Assembly (NCBI GenBank): GCA_965203445.1
Contig: OZ241883.1
Span: 448,001-512,000, forward strand
DNA length: 64,000 bases
From: Candidatus Oxydemutator sp.
GTDB taxonomy: Bacteria; Pseudomonadota; Gammaproteobacteria; Poriferisulfidales; Oxydemutatoraceae
Reading direction: 5' to 3'
Below the pieces are notes generated by a model. That model was not told the origin of the DNA. It saw only the letters and a program-made list of their open reading frames with translations, and searched no databases. Both the position numbers and the translations under genes were made by a program. Shown here piece after piece: positions 45,819 through 55,615 of this stretch. Each line of letters opens with the position of its first letter. Positions within the stretch are counted from its first letter, which is position 1.

Positions 45819-47370
45819 GGCCAATTTTTCCCAGGTCAATTTTGTCCAGGTTCGCCAATATGCGTTTGTTCAGCGTTTTCTCTTCTTTTATCTGCGCCTC
45901 GAACTCGGCCTTCAATTCGGCGAACCGCTCGCCGAAGTCGAAGTCGTCTTCCTCGTCGGGCAGGCCGACGTAGCGCCCCGGGCTCAGCACGTAGTCCAGC
46001 TCCTTGACTTTCTCTATCGGCGCCGCGTTGCAGAAGCCGGCGACGTCCTCGTAGTTTCCGTCCTCCTTGCGCCACCGGTGGTAGGTGTCGGCGATCCTGG
46101 CGATGTCCTCGTCGGAAAACTCGCGCGTGCGCCGGTTGATCAGGTGCCCCAGTTCGCCCGCGTCTATGAACAGGATTTCGCCGGCGCGTTTGCGGTCGCC
46201 GTTGTAGCCGTGCCTTTTGTTCGAGACGAACCACAGGCAGGCGGGGATCTGGGTGTTCAGAAACAGCTTGGCCGGCAGGTTGACGATGCAATCCACGAGG
46301 CCCGCGTCTATGATGTTTTTGCGGATGACGTCCTCGTTGGACGACTTGGAGGTCAGCGAGCCCTTGGACAGTACGAAACCGGCCGCGCCCTTCGGCGAGA
46401 GGTGGTGGATAAAATGCTGCACCCAGGCGAAGTTGGCGTTGCCGCGCGGCGGCGCGCCGTATTTCCAGCGCCCGTCCTCGCGCAACTGTTCGCCGCTCCA
46501 GTCGCTGTCGTTGAACGGCGGATTGGCGAGAATGAAATCCGCCTTCAGGTCGGGGTGGGCGTCGCGCAGAAACGAGCCTTCCGCGTTCCACCGCACCCGC
46601 GAGCCATCTATGCGGCGGATGGCCAGGTTCATCCGGCAAAGCCGGTAGGTGGTCTGATTGCTTTCCTGGCCGTAGATGGAAATGTCGTCGACCTCGCCCT
46701 GGTGCGCCTTGATGAATTTCTCGCTCGAGACGAACATGCCGCCGCTGCCGCAGCACGGGTCGAAAACCCGCCCCCGATACGGCTCTATCATCTCCACCAG
46801 CAGTCTGACGATGGAGGCCGGAGTGTAAAACTGCCCGCCTTTTTTGCCTTCGGCCAACGCGAACTGGCCGAGGAAATACTCATAGATTTTTCCGAGAACG
46901 TCCTTTGATTTTGCGGGGGCGCCGCCGAGAGCGACGTCGCCGAACAGATCCATCAGTCCGCCGAGGGTCGCGGCGCCGACGTTGGGCCTGGAAAACCCTT
47001 TCGGCAGGATGCCCTTGAGGCCCTGGTTTTCCCTTTCTATGGCCTCCATCGCCTCGTCCAATACCGCGCCGATATTCGTTTGTTTCGACTGCGAATGCAG
47101 TGCTTTCCACCTGGCCTCGGGCGGCACCCAGAACTCGTTTTCCGCATGGTATTCGTCCCGCTCTTCGGGATCGGCGTATCGCTCGTTTTTCAGTTCCTCG
47201 TAACGGGCCTCGAAAGAGTCCGATATGTATTTGAGAAACAGCAGGCCGAGCGCGACGTGCTTGTAGTCCGCCGCGTCCATGTTTTTGCGCAGCTTGTCCG
47301 CCGCCTTGAACAGCGTGGCCTCAAGGCTCCCCGTTTTTGCGGTCTTATTCTTTGGCACGGGTTGTTTCAT
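45808..47370 (-). CDS. hsdM: Type I restriction-modification M subunit
   Basis: GQFYTP, DPCCGSGGM, ANPPFN, LSPGRYVG. Confidence 0.97.
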   Translation of the reverse strand: MKQPVPKNKTAKTGSLEATLFKAADKLRKNMDAADYKHVALGLLFLKYISDSFEARYEELKNERYADPEERDEYHAENEFWVPPEARWKALHSQSKQTNIGAVLDEAMEAIERENQGLKGILPKGFSRPNVGAATLGGLMDLFGDVALGGAPAKSKDVLGKIYEYFLGQFALAEGKKGGQFYTPASIVRLLVEMIEPYRGRVFDPCCGSGGMFVSSEKFIKAHQGEVDDISIYGQESNQTTYRLCRMNLAIRRIDGSRVRWNAEGSFLRDAHPDLKADFILANPPFNDSDWSGEQLREDGRWKYGAPPRGNANFAWVQHFIHHLSPKGAAGFVLSKGSLTSKSSNEDVIRKNIIDAGLVDCIVNLPAKLFLNTQIPACLWFVSNKRHGYNGDRKRAGEILFIDAGELGHLINRRTREFSDEDIARIADTYHRWRKEDGNYEDVAGFCNAAPIEKVKELDYVLSPGRYVGLPDEEDDFDFGERFAELKAEFEAQIKEEKTLNKRILANLDKIDLGKIGHEK

Positions 47371-47377
47371 CTGCCGG

Positions 47378-47391
47378 ATTGTACATACAAT
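47378..47391. promoter_or_regulatory. Short palindrome (attgta-ca-tacaat), putative antitoxin operator between divergent hsdM and the brnT remnant
   Basis: Inverted repeat seen directly; its function is inferred from TA autoregulation. Confidence 0.4.
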
Positions 47392-47461
47392 ATGAAGAAA
47401 CGCGCCATCTCACCGGCGGGCGGCCAGGAAAGAGCGCGCGTTTTGCACGGAAGGCACATGA
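47392..47461 (+). pseudogene. brnT remnant
   Basis: ATG AAG AAA followed by IS../RRAARKERAF, resembling the BrnT C-terminus ISARxAxxxER. Its stop overlaps the brnA start. Confidence 0.5.
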
Positions 47462-47721
47462 TGAAATCCGAATACGATTTGTCCTCGATGAAGTCCAGGA
47501 AAAATCCGTTCGCCTCGAGGCTGACAAAGCAGGTGACGATACGGGTGGGCGGCGACGTCGTCGAGTATTTCAAATCCATGGCGAATGATACGGGCATTCC
47601 CTATCAGAGTCTGATCAACCTGTATCTGAGGGATTGCGCGGCGCGCAACAGGAAAATTGACCTGCGCTGGCGTCGCCCCCCGAACAAGCGCGCCCAGGCG
47701 TCGCGCAAGACGCGCGGTTGA
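47458..47721 (+). CDS. BrnA/CopG-type antitoxin
   Basis: MKSEYDLS...KNPFA..KQVTIRV..DVVEYFK..TGIPYQSLINLYLRDC. Confidence 0.88.
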   Translation: MMKSEYDLSSMKSRKNPFASRLTKQVTIRVGGDVVEYFKSMANDTGIPYQSLINLYLRDCAARNRKIDLRWRRPPNKRAQASRKTRG

Positions 47722-47726
47722 GCATC

Positions 47727-47918
47727 ATGAAATACAAAATCATACTGACGGCCTCCGAGGAGGGATACAGCGTTTCCTGCCCTGAACTTCCCGGGTGCTG
47801 GTCGCAAGGCACGACGGAAGAAGAAGCCATCGAGAATATAAACGAGGCGATTCAAGACTATCTGGCGGCCGTTGCCGCGTCCGCCGAGGGACGGGATGTC
47901 CCCTCTGAACAATTATGA
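47727..47918 (+). CDS. Short HicB-family antitoxin
   Basis: GYSVSCPELPGCWSQGTTEEEAIENINEAI; no hicA adjacent. Confidence 0.85.
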   Translation: MKYKIILTASEEGYSVSCPELPGCWSQGTTEEEAIENINEAIQDYLAAVAASAEGRDVPSEQL

Positions 47919-49018
47919 ATGAACATTTTTTGCAGTCCATGAAGATCGAGAATTTCCGCGGGATCAAATACGCGGAAATTAACGATCTGGCGCGAGTCAA
48001 TCTGTTTTGCGGCAAAAACAATTATGGCAAAACTTCGATTTTGGAATCGTTGTTCCTGCTAAGCGGTATTTCGAACCCGGAATTGATGGTCAGGCTTCAA
48101 ACCTGGAGAGGGCAAACGCTTAGTACGGCTGTTGACTGGAAGAGCTGCTTCCACAATTACAATCATAAGAAAGCAATTATGCTCTCCGGGAAGCAGCAGC
48201 AGGGAAAGAGAAAACTTACTATCTCTCCGATGTCTGACCATCTGCCCATCGCGTATGGCCCAGGCACCCCGGCGGTTGCGGGAAGCGGCAGGCCCATTAC
48301 CCAAGCTCGGGCTGAGACCTCTGCCATAGAGAACGCACCCACGGGACTTCGATATGATTTTACCGTTGATGGCCGGAACTATCAGGCAACGATCAGCCAG
48401 GCGATTGGCCAAGAGGGGATGGGCCAAATAAACTGGAATAAACCGCCCGGGTACGAAGAGCGATTAGCAAGTGTTTTTTCATTACCAACGAAAAAATACA
48501 ACCCTGCCTTTGTTGACAAAATGCTCCAGGCAAAGCGCAAAGACATACTCATAAAGGCACTGCAATTTGTGAACCCTGAAGTCCGGGACGTTCAGATGAG
48601 CGCGACGGGAGTTCTCTCCGCCGATACAGGGCTCGATTATTTTCTGCCCGTTGACTTGCTGGGCAGCGGCACTGGTAATGTTACCAACATAATTTCCAGC
48701 ATTGACGGGGCCGAGGGTGGTTTGTTAATGATGGACGGAATCGAGCGCGGGCTTCATGTCTCCGCCATCAAACCTGTATGGGGAATGATTCTGGAACATT
48801 CCGCCGCGTGCGACACCCAGATATTTGCGACCACCCACAGCAAGGACGTTATCAAAGCTTTGACGGCAGTATCGAACGAGAAACTGCTTTCAGATGATGA
48901 CGGTAATGAAGTCGCATGTTTCGCGCTGGAAAAATTGGACTCCGATGAGACAAAGGCATATAAATACTCCGTTGAAGACTTGATAAAATCCGAGGAAGCC
49001 AACGTAGATATTCGATAG
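47915..49018 (+). CDS. ABC-type AAA_15/AAA_21 ATPase
   Basis: IENFRGI, GKNNYGKTS, LGSG signature, LMMDGIERGLH (Walker B lacking E), ATTHS. Confidence 0.85.
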   Translation: MNEHFLQSMKIENFRGIKYAEINDLARVNLFCGKNNYGKTSILESLFLLSGISNPELMVRLQTWRGQTLSTAVDWKSCFHNYNHKKAIMLSGKQQQGKRKLTISPMSDHLPIAYGPGTPAVAGSGRPITQARAETSAIENAPTGLRYDFTVDGRNYQATISQAIGQEGMGQINWNKPPGYEERLASVFSLPTKKYNPAFVDKMLQAKRKDILIKALQFVNPEVRDVQMSATGVLSADTGLDYFLPVDLLGSGTGNVTNIISSIDGAEGGLLMMDGIERGLHVSAIKPVWGMILEHSAACDTQIFATTHSKDVIKALTAVSNEKLLSDDDGNEVACFALEKLDSDETKAYKYSVEDLIKSEEANVDIR

Positions 49019-49117
49019 CAGGGTTTGTCGGCGAATTACTGATCTTATACAGGAACGGCAGACCGGGCCGTCCGCCCCCCTCTGCTATAATCCCTCATTC
49101 GCCCCGAACAACCCACC

Positions 49118-50221
49118 ATGTCCCAACCAGAAACTCAACTGAGCACCCGGGCCGTCGAGCAGGCCCTGCAGGAAATCGTCGACCCCAATACGGGCAAGGA
49201 CCTGGTCTCGTCGAAGGCGGTGCGGGATCTTGCGGTCGAGGGCGGCGCGGTGCGCGCGCGTCTGCTTCTCGGTTATCCGGCGAAGAATTTTCTGCCGCAG
49301 TTGATCGCCCGGGTCGAGGCCGCGATTCGCGCGCTCGACGGCGTCGAGGAGGTCGAGGTCGAGGGCGAATGGAAGATCCAGGCGCATTCGGTGCAGAAGA
49401 GCCTGAAGCCGATGGAGCACATCCGCAACGTCATCGCGGTGGCGTCCGGCAAGGGCGGCGTCGGCAAGTCCACGACGGCGGTCAACCTGGCGCTGGCGCT
49501 GGCGGCGGAGGGGGCCGCGGTCGGTCTGCTCGACGCCGACATCTACGGCCCCAGCCAGCCGACGATGCTGGGCATACGCGGGCAGCCCGACACCAAGGAC
49601 GGGCAGACGCTGGAGCCGCTCGACTCGCTCGGTTTGCAGGCGATGTCCATCGGTTTTCTGATTGACGAGGAGACGCCGATGATCTGGCGCGGGCCGATGG
49701 TCACGCAGGCGCTCGAGCAGCTGCTGAACAACACCAACTGGCGCGACCTCGACTATCTGGTGGTGGACTTGCCGCCGGGCACCGGCGACGTGCAGCTGAC
49801 GCTGGCGCAGAAGATTCCGGTCAGCGGCGCGGTCATCGTGACGACGCCGCAGGACATCGCGCTGCTCGACGCGCGCAAGGGCATCCGAATGTTCGAGAAA
49901 GTGGACGTGCCGATACTCGGCATCATCGAGAACATGAGCATCCATATATGCAGCGAATGCGGCCACGAGGAGCATATCTTCGGCAGCGGCGGCGGCGACA
50001 AAATCGCCAAGGACTACGACGTCGAACTGCTGGGGCGCCTGCCGCTCGACAAGGCGATCCGCGAGCAGACCGACGGCGGCCAACCGACGGTCGTCGCCGA
50101 ACCGGACGGGCGCCTTGCGCAAATCTACGTCGAGACCGCGAGAAAGACCGCGGCGCGCCTGGCGGTGCGCGCCAAGGATTATTCGGCGAAGTTTCCGAAG
50201 ATCGTCATCCAGAACGACTGA
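49118..50221 (+). CDS. apbC: Fe-S cluster carrier ApbC/Mrp
   Basis: ASGKGGVGKST, WRGPM, DLPPGTGD, ENMS..CSECG. Confidence 0.97.
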   Translation: MSQPETQLSTRAVEQALQEIVDPNTGKDLVSSKAVRDLAVEGGAVRARLLLGYPAKNFLPQLIARVEAAIRALDGVEEVEVEGEWKIQAHSVQKSLKPMEHIRNVIAVASGKGGVGKSTTAVNLALALAAEGAAVGLLDADIYGPSQPTMLGIRGQPDTKDGQTLEPLDSLGLQAMSIGFLIDEETPMIWRGPMVTQALEQLLNNTNWRDLDYLVVDLPPGTGDVQLTLAQKIPVSGAVIVTTPQDIALLDARKGIRMFEKVDVPILGIIENMSIHICSECGHEEHIFGSGGGDKIAKDYDVELLGRLPLDKAIREQTDGGQPTVVAEPDGRLAQIYVETARKTAARLAVRAKDYSAKFPKIVIQND

Positions 50222-50263
50222 ATCCCGACGCCCGCCCAAAACCCGCCCGACGACGACAACACG

Positions 50264-50830
50264 ATGGCGATCAAATCCGACGCCTGGATACGCAGGATGG
50301 CGCGCGAGCACGGCATGATCGAGCCGTTCGCGCCGCGGCAGGTGTCGCGTCGGGACAACGGCAAGGTCGTCTCCTACGGCACCTCGAGCTACGGCTACGA
50401 CGTGCGTTGCAGCAACCATTTCAAGGTGTTCACGAACATCCATTCGGCCATCGTTGATCCCAAGGCGTTTGACGAGGAGAGTTTCGTCGCGATGGATACG
50501 GACGTGTGCCTCATCCCGCCCAACTCGTTCGCGCTGGCGAGCACGGTCGAGTATTTTCGCATCCCGCGCTCGGTGCTGACGGTGTGCGTCGGCAAGTCCA
50601 CCTACGCCCGCTGCGGCATCATCGTCAACGTGACGCCGCTGGAGCCGGAATGGGAGGGGCACATCACGCTGGAGTTCTCGAACACGACGCCGCTGCCGGC
50701 CAGGATCTACGCCAACGAGGGTGTCGCGCAACTGCTGTTTTTCGAGTCCGACGAGACGTGCGAGACGTCGTACAAAGACCGCGACGGCAAATACCAGAAG
50801 CAGACCGGGGTCACGTTGCCGGTCGCCTGA
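50264..50830 (+). CDS. dcd: dCTP deaminase
   Basis: [34 protein letters not shown]. Confidence 0.97.
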   Translation: MAIKSDAWIRRMAREHGMIEPFAPRQVSRRDNGKVVSYGTSSYGYDVRCSNHFKVFTNIHSAIVDPKAFDEESFVAMDTDVCLIPPNSFALASTVEYFRIPRSVLTVCVGKSTYARCGIIVNVTPLEPEWEGHITLEFSNTTPLPARIYANEGVAQLLFFESDETCETSYKDRDGKYQKQTGVTLPVA

Positions 50831-51217
<387 letters not shown>

Positions 51218-51231
51218 CGGCGCGCGCGAAA

Positions 51232-51325
51232 GGCTTTCGGCCCACCCTCTCCTATGGGGGAGAGGGTTACGTTACGGGCCGGCGGACGACTTCTCCCGGA
51301 GGGAGAGGGTGGCCGCAGGCCCTCG
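51232..51325 (-). repeat. Palindromic repeat-family copy (reverse complement of 1441-1535)
   Basis: gcccaccctctcctatgggggagagggttacgttacgggccggcggacgacttctcccggagggagaggg. Confidence 0.85.
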
Positions 51326-51328
51326 CCC

Positions 51329-51829
51329 CTACCAGCGCGCCTTGTCCCACATTTGCGGGTTGGCCCAGAAGCGGCTGCTGAGCCATTCGGGGACGTCCTT
51401 GTAATCGAAGATGTCGAAGTAGTACAGGCGCCCGCCCGCGGCCGCGCCCTCGTCGGGGTAGGTGCGCAGCAGGCGCAATCCGAGCGCGCGCACGCGGCGG
51501 TCGTCTTGAACCGATACCGCTTGCGGCCGGTACAGATAGACGCGCTCGCAATCGAGGTCGCGCAGGCGCGAGATCAGCTGCTCGAACGACGCCGGCGCGA
51601 CGTCCGTCGCGCCGCAGGCGACGATGCCTACCGAGAATTTGCGCGCCGCGCGCGGCGCCTCGAGATACTCCGCCGGACCGCGCCAAGCCAGTTTGTCGCG
51701 CCCGCTGCGCGCTTCGCAAAGCCGCGACGCCCATTCCTCGCGCGCGCTCAGCAACAACGCGCGGGCGTGCGGCGCGGCCAGGGTGTCGGCTATGATGCGC
51801 CGCAGATCATCGCGCGCGCCGCGCGTCAC
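51329..51829 (-). CDS. Conserved hypothetical protein (DUF6231-like)
   Basis: C-terminal YYFDIFDYKDVPEWLSSRFWANPQMWDKARW; the GTG start overlaps the rnd stop. Confidence 0.75.
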   Translation of the reverse strand: MTRGARDDLRRIIADTLAAPHARALLLSAREEWASRLCEARSGRDKLAWRGPAEYLEAPRAARKFSVGIVACGATDVAPASFEQLISRLRDLDCERVYLYRPQAVSVQDDRRVRALGLRLLRTYPDEGAAAGGRLYYFDIFDYKDVPEWLSSRFWANPQMWDKARW

Positions 51830-52929
51830 GTTTCCTCGAGCAAGGCCGCAACCCGCTCCCCGAGCAGATGCGTCCGCCAGCCGTGCAGCAGCGGCGCGTC
51901 CGTGCGCGCTTCTTCCGGGCGCACCAACTGCGTCAGTTGCCTGCGCGTCGCCAGCAGCGACGGTTCGATCGTATGTTCGGCCGCGATCTCGCGCACCAGC
52001 CGCACCAATTCGTCCACCAGCACCTGGCGTTTTGCATCGTACTTCTTCGGCGGCGTTTCGTCGCCGTCGCCGACCGGTGCCAGCAACGCCTCGATTTCGC
52101 GCGCCCACGCCCCGAGGCGCCGGCTGCGGCACGCGGCGATCTTTTCTATCGCAGCCGCTTTCGCCGGGCGCATCAGCGCCAGTTCGATCAGGCAGTCGTC
52201 GCTCATCAGCCAGCGTCGCGGCAAGTCGGCTTTTTGCGCCTTTTGCTCGCGCCACTGCGCCAGCAGCCGCAGGCGGCGCTGGTCGGAGGGGCGTTTTAAG
52301 CGCCCGCGCCCGCCGACCTTCTGCCATACGTCGTCGGTGCCACGCTCCGCCGCGGCTTGCAGATTGCACCGGCTCTCCTCGGCAAACCACTCCTGCTTGC
52401 CTTGGCGGCGCAGCCGCCGCTCCAGGTCTCGTTGCAGCGAACGCAGATGGACGACGTCGCAGGCCGCGTAGCGCATTTGTTCCGGCGACAACGGGCGTTG
52501 CAGCCAGTCGGATCGAGTGCAGTCTTTGTCGACGCCGACGGCGAGACACGCCATGACCAGCTGCTTGTAACCGACCTGGTAGCCGAGACCGACGAAGGCC
52601 GCGGCCAGTTGCGTGTCGAACACCGGCGCCTTGACCGGGCACTCGAGGCGTTCGAGCACCTCGTAGTCCTGTTGCGCGCCGTGGATGATTTTCAGGATTG
52701 CGCCGTCGGCCAGCAAGCGGCGCAACGGCGACAGATCGGACACCGCGGTGGGATCAATCAGCGCCACTTTTTCGGCGTTTTCGCCGGTCGCAATCTGCAC
52801 CAGCGCCGGGCGCGGGTAATAGGTTTTCTCGCGCACGCACTCGGTGTCGAGCGCAAGCCACCGCGTGCGCGCGGCAAGGTCGCAGATTTGTGATAACGCG
52901 GCGCCGTCGTCGACAAAAGCGATCCGCAT
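51826..52929 (-). CDS. rnd: Ribonuclease D
   Basis: ALDTECVREKTYYP, FDTQLAA, SDWLQRPLS..YAACDV, HRDC domain, LHGWR. Confidence 0.95.
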   Translation of the reverse strand: MRIAFVDDGAALSQICDLAARTRWLALDTECVREKTYYPRPALVQIATGENAEKVALIDPTAVSDLSPLRRLLADGAILKIIHGAQQDYEVLERLECPVKAPVFDTQLAAAFVGLGYQVGYKQLVMACLAVGVDKDCTRSDWLQRPLSPEQMRYAACDVVHLRSLQRDLERRLRRQGKQEWFAEESRCNLQAAAERGTDDVWQKVGGRGRLKRPSDQRRLRLLAQWREQKAQKADLPRRWLMSDDCLIELALMRPAKAAAIEKIAACRSRRLGAWAREIEALLAPVGDGDETPPKKYDAKRQVLVDELVRLVREIAAEHTIEPSLLATRRQLTQLVRPEEARTDAPLLHGWRTHLLGERVAALLEET

Positions 52930-52976
52930 GAACTGGGGCCCCAAAGAAGGACGCGACGTGTATCGTTCGCCGGCCC

Positions 52977-53132
52977 TTACTTGATCTTGGCTTCCTTATA
53001 GAGGACGTGTTTGCGCACGACGGGATCGTATTTCTTGATCTCCATCTTCTCGGCGTTGGCGGTCTTTTTGCGGGTCGTCGTGTAGTAGTGGCCGGTGCCG
53101 GCGCTGGAGACGAGTTTGATCTTGTCGCGCAT
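52977..53132 (-). CDS. rpmG: 50S ribosomal protein L33
   Basis: Translated by hand: [23 protein letters not shown]...[19 protein letters not shown]. Confidence 0.97.
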   Translation of the reverse strand: MRDKIKLVSSAGTGHYYTTTRKKTANAEKMEIKKYDPVVRKHVLYKEAKIK

Positions 53133-53139
53133 GGCGCCG

Positions 53140-53376
53140 TCAGACCTTGACGCCGCGCTTGCGCAGATCGGCGAGCACGGCCTGTATGCCCTTCTTGTCT
53201 ATGATGCGCATGCCCTTGCGCGAGACGCGCAGTTTTACCCAGCGTCCTTCGTCGGGCGCCCAGAAGCGGTGCACGTGCAGGTTCGGCAAAAAGCGCCGCC
53301 GCGTCTTGTTGTGCGCGTGCGACACGTTGTTGCCGCTCATCGGCTTTTTCCCGGTTACCTGGCAGACTCTGGACAT
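53140..53376 (-). CDS. rpmB: 50S ribosomal protein L28
   Basis: [33 protein letters not shown]. Confidence 0.98.
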   Translation of the reverse strand: MSRVCQVTGKKPMSGNNVSHAHNKTRRRFLPNLHVHRFWAPDEGRWVKLRVSRKGMRIIDKKGIQAVLADLRKRGVKV

Positions 53377-53444
53377 GGTTTTGTTCCGCTGAACGCGTGA
53401 GCGTGCAAGCATACCGTATATCGGCGCTTGCCGCCAGTTCTTCT

Positions 53445-53482
53445 CCGCCCTCTCCTTAGGGGGAGAGGGCTACATTATGGGG
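53445..53482. repeat. Partial palindromic repeat-family copy
   Basis: ccctctccttagggggagagggctacatta. Confidence 0.7.
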
Positions 53483-53532
53483 CGGCGGGTGGGGACGGCG
53501 GACGGTTATACTGCTCCGAAGGTATCGCGCGC

Positions 53533-54834
53533 GTGAACAAGGCTTCCTCATCCCCGAACGTATCGGCGCCGTCCGCGTGGCGGGGCGGTCGGTCGAAACC
53601 GGCGTTGTCGTGGGCGTTGTACGACTGGGCCAACTCGGCCTTTGCGGTCGTCGTGATGGCGGGCATCTTCCCGATATTTTTCCGCGATTACTGGGCGCGC
53701 GGCCTCGACGACGGCGACGTCACGCTGGCGCTCGGCGTCGCCAACTCGCTGTCCAGCCTGCTGCTGATACTGTCGGCGCCGCTGCTCGGATCAATCGCCG
53801 ACGCGATGGGCGTAAGAAAGAATCTGCTGGCCGCGTGCGCCGTGGCCTCGGCGGCGGCCACCGCCGGCTTCGCGTTCGTCGTACAGGGCGCGTGGGTCGG
53901 GGCCGCGGTGCTCTACGTGCTCGGCGTGTTTCTGTTCATGCTCGGCAACGTTTTCTACGACGCGCTGCTGGTGGACGTCAGCGAACCGCGCCGCTACCAC
54001 CGGGTATCGTCGCTCGGCTACGCGCTCGGCTACCTCGGCGGCGGTCTGGCGCTGGCGTTTTGTGCGTGGATGATCCTGCAAGCCGAGACCTTCGGCTTCG
54101 ACGACGAAAGCGACGCGATCCGCTCGTGCTTCGCGCTGGTCGCCACGTGGTGGCTGGTGTTCAGCGTGCCGCTGTTGCTGTGGGTGCGCGAGAGGGGCGG
54201 CGCCGGCGGCGGCGCGCGCGCCGGTCTCGGGCGTTTTCTAGAGACCCTGCGGCTGTTGCGCCGTCATCCGCAGGCGGCGTGGTTTCTGCTGGCCTACTGG
54301 CTGTACATAGACGGGGTGGACACCGTCATCCGCATGGCCGCCAACTACGGCCAAGTTCTCGGTTTCGGCGTGCCCGATCTGATCGCGGCGCTGCTGCTGG
54401 TGCAATTCATCGGCTTTCCCGCCACCATCGTCTATGGGCGGCTGGCCGAACGTTTCGGCGCGCGGCGGCTGATCACAGCCGGCATACTCGTGTATCTGCT
54501 GATCTGCGCGTGGGGCGCGATGGTGCAGTCCACCGCCGGTTTTTATTCGCTGGTCGTGCTGATCGGATTGACGCAGGGCGGTATCCAGGCGCAGAGCCGG
54601 TCGTTTTACGCGCACCTGGTGCCGGCGCAATACTCGGCGCAACTGTTCGGCGTCTATAATCTGCTCGGCAAGTTCGCGGCGCTGATAGGACCGCTGCTGC
54701 TCGGCATCGTCGGCAGCATCAGCGGCAGCCCGCGCCTCGGGCTGTTGTCGGTCGGCGTGCTGTTCATCGCCGGCCTGGTCGTTCTCGTGACGCGCGTGCC
54801 GCGCGACGCGGGCGAGGTGCGCGGCGCGGACTAG
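53533..54834 (+). CDS. MFS transporter (UMF1/Atg22-like)
   Basis: SWALYDWANSAF, NVFYDALL, GYALGYLGGG, about 12 hydrophobic segments. Confidence 0.9.
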   Translation: MNKASSSPNVSAPSAWRGGRSKPALSWALYDWANSAFAVVVMAGIFPIFFRDYWARGLDDGDVTLALGVANSLSSLLLILSAPLLGSIADAMGVRKNLLAACAVASAAATAGFAFVVQGAWVGAAVLYVLGVFLFMLGNVFYDALLVDVSEPRRYHRVSSLGYALGYLGGGLALAFCAWMILQAETFGFDDESDAIRSCFALVATWWLVFSVPLLLWVRERGGAGGGARAGLGRFLETLRLLRRHPQAAWFLLAYWLYIDGVDTVIRMAANYGQVLGFGVPDLIAALLLVQFIGFPATIVYGRLAERFGARRLITAGILVYLLICAWGAMVQSTAGFYSLVVLIGLTQGGIQAQSRSFYAHLVPAQYSAQLFGVYNLLGKFAALIGPLLLGIVGSISGSPRLGLLSVGVLFIAGLVVLVTRVPRDAGEVRGAD

Positions 54835-54877
54835 GCGCGGATCAGGCGCCGCGTTCGGCGTCGGCGGCCGTCTCGAA

Positions 54878-55615
54878 CTATACTTCCGCATCCGGCCCCA
54901 GCGGCCGCTCCAGGACGCGGCCGTCGAACAGGCAACGGTCTTCCCGCATCGTGATCCTGCCGCTGCAACAGAGCGCCACGGCCTGCGGGTAGATGCGGTG
55001 TTCCTCGCGCAACACGCGCGCGGCGAGTTCCGCCGGCGTCTCGCCCGCCACCACCGCTATTTCGCTTTGCATGATCAGCGGCCCGGCGTCGAGCGCGGCG
55101 GTAACAAAGTGCACGCTGCAACCATGGCGGGTCTCGCCGGCTTCGAGCACGCGCCGGTGCGTGTCCAATCCCTTGTAGGCGGGCAGCAGCGAAGGATGGA
55201 TATTGACGATGCGCCCGACGAAGCGGCGCACGAAGTCCGCGCTCAACACGCGCATGAACCCGGCCAGCGCGATGACGTCGACGCCCGCGGCGGGCGCTCC
55301 CGATGTCGCTTCGGGCGACGCTCCCGACGTCGCTTCGGGCGACCCTCCCGGCGGCTCTCCAGGCGAGGCGTCGTCGAGGCGCGCCGCCAGCGCGCGCTCA
55401 AAATCCGACCGCGAAACGAACTCCGAGGCCGCGACGACGTGCGCAGGAACGCCGCGCCGTCTTGCCTCGTCCAGGCCGGGCGCACCGCGCCGGTCGCTGA
55501 TGACTTGGCTGATGCGCCCGCCCAGACGCCCGTCTGCGGCCGCCTCCATCAACGCGCGCGCGTTGCTGCCGCGTCCCGAGAGCAGGATTGCGACTTGCCT
55601 GCCGCGCTCAGTCAT
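54878..55615 (-). CDS. purN: Phosphoribosylglycinamide formyltransferase
   Basis: SGRGSN, LAGFMRVL, NIHPSLLP, HGCSVHFV..LDAGP, EHRIYP; carries a 24-bp x3 insertion. Confidence 0.96.
   Translation of the reverse strand: MTERGRQVAILLSGRGSNARALMEAAADGRLGGRISQVISDRRGAPGLDEARRRGVPAHVVAASEFVSRSDFERALAARLDDASPGEPPGGSPEATSGASPEATSGAPAAGVDVIALAGFMRVLSADFVRRFVGRIVNIHPSLLPAYKGLDTHRRVLEAGETRHGCSVHFVTAALDAGPLIMQSEIAVVAGETPAELAARVLREEHRIYPQAVALCCSGRITMREDRCLFDGRVLERPLGPDAEV

Larger units (their letters stand above)
15652..49117. mobile_element. Defence/accessory genomic island between metG and apbC (boundaries approximate)
   Basis: Visibly lower GC than the flanks and composed of TA, Fic, R-M and defence-type genes. 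It splits the metG/apbC(mrp) divergent pair. No integrase or att repeat was recognised. Confidence 0.85.
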
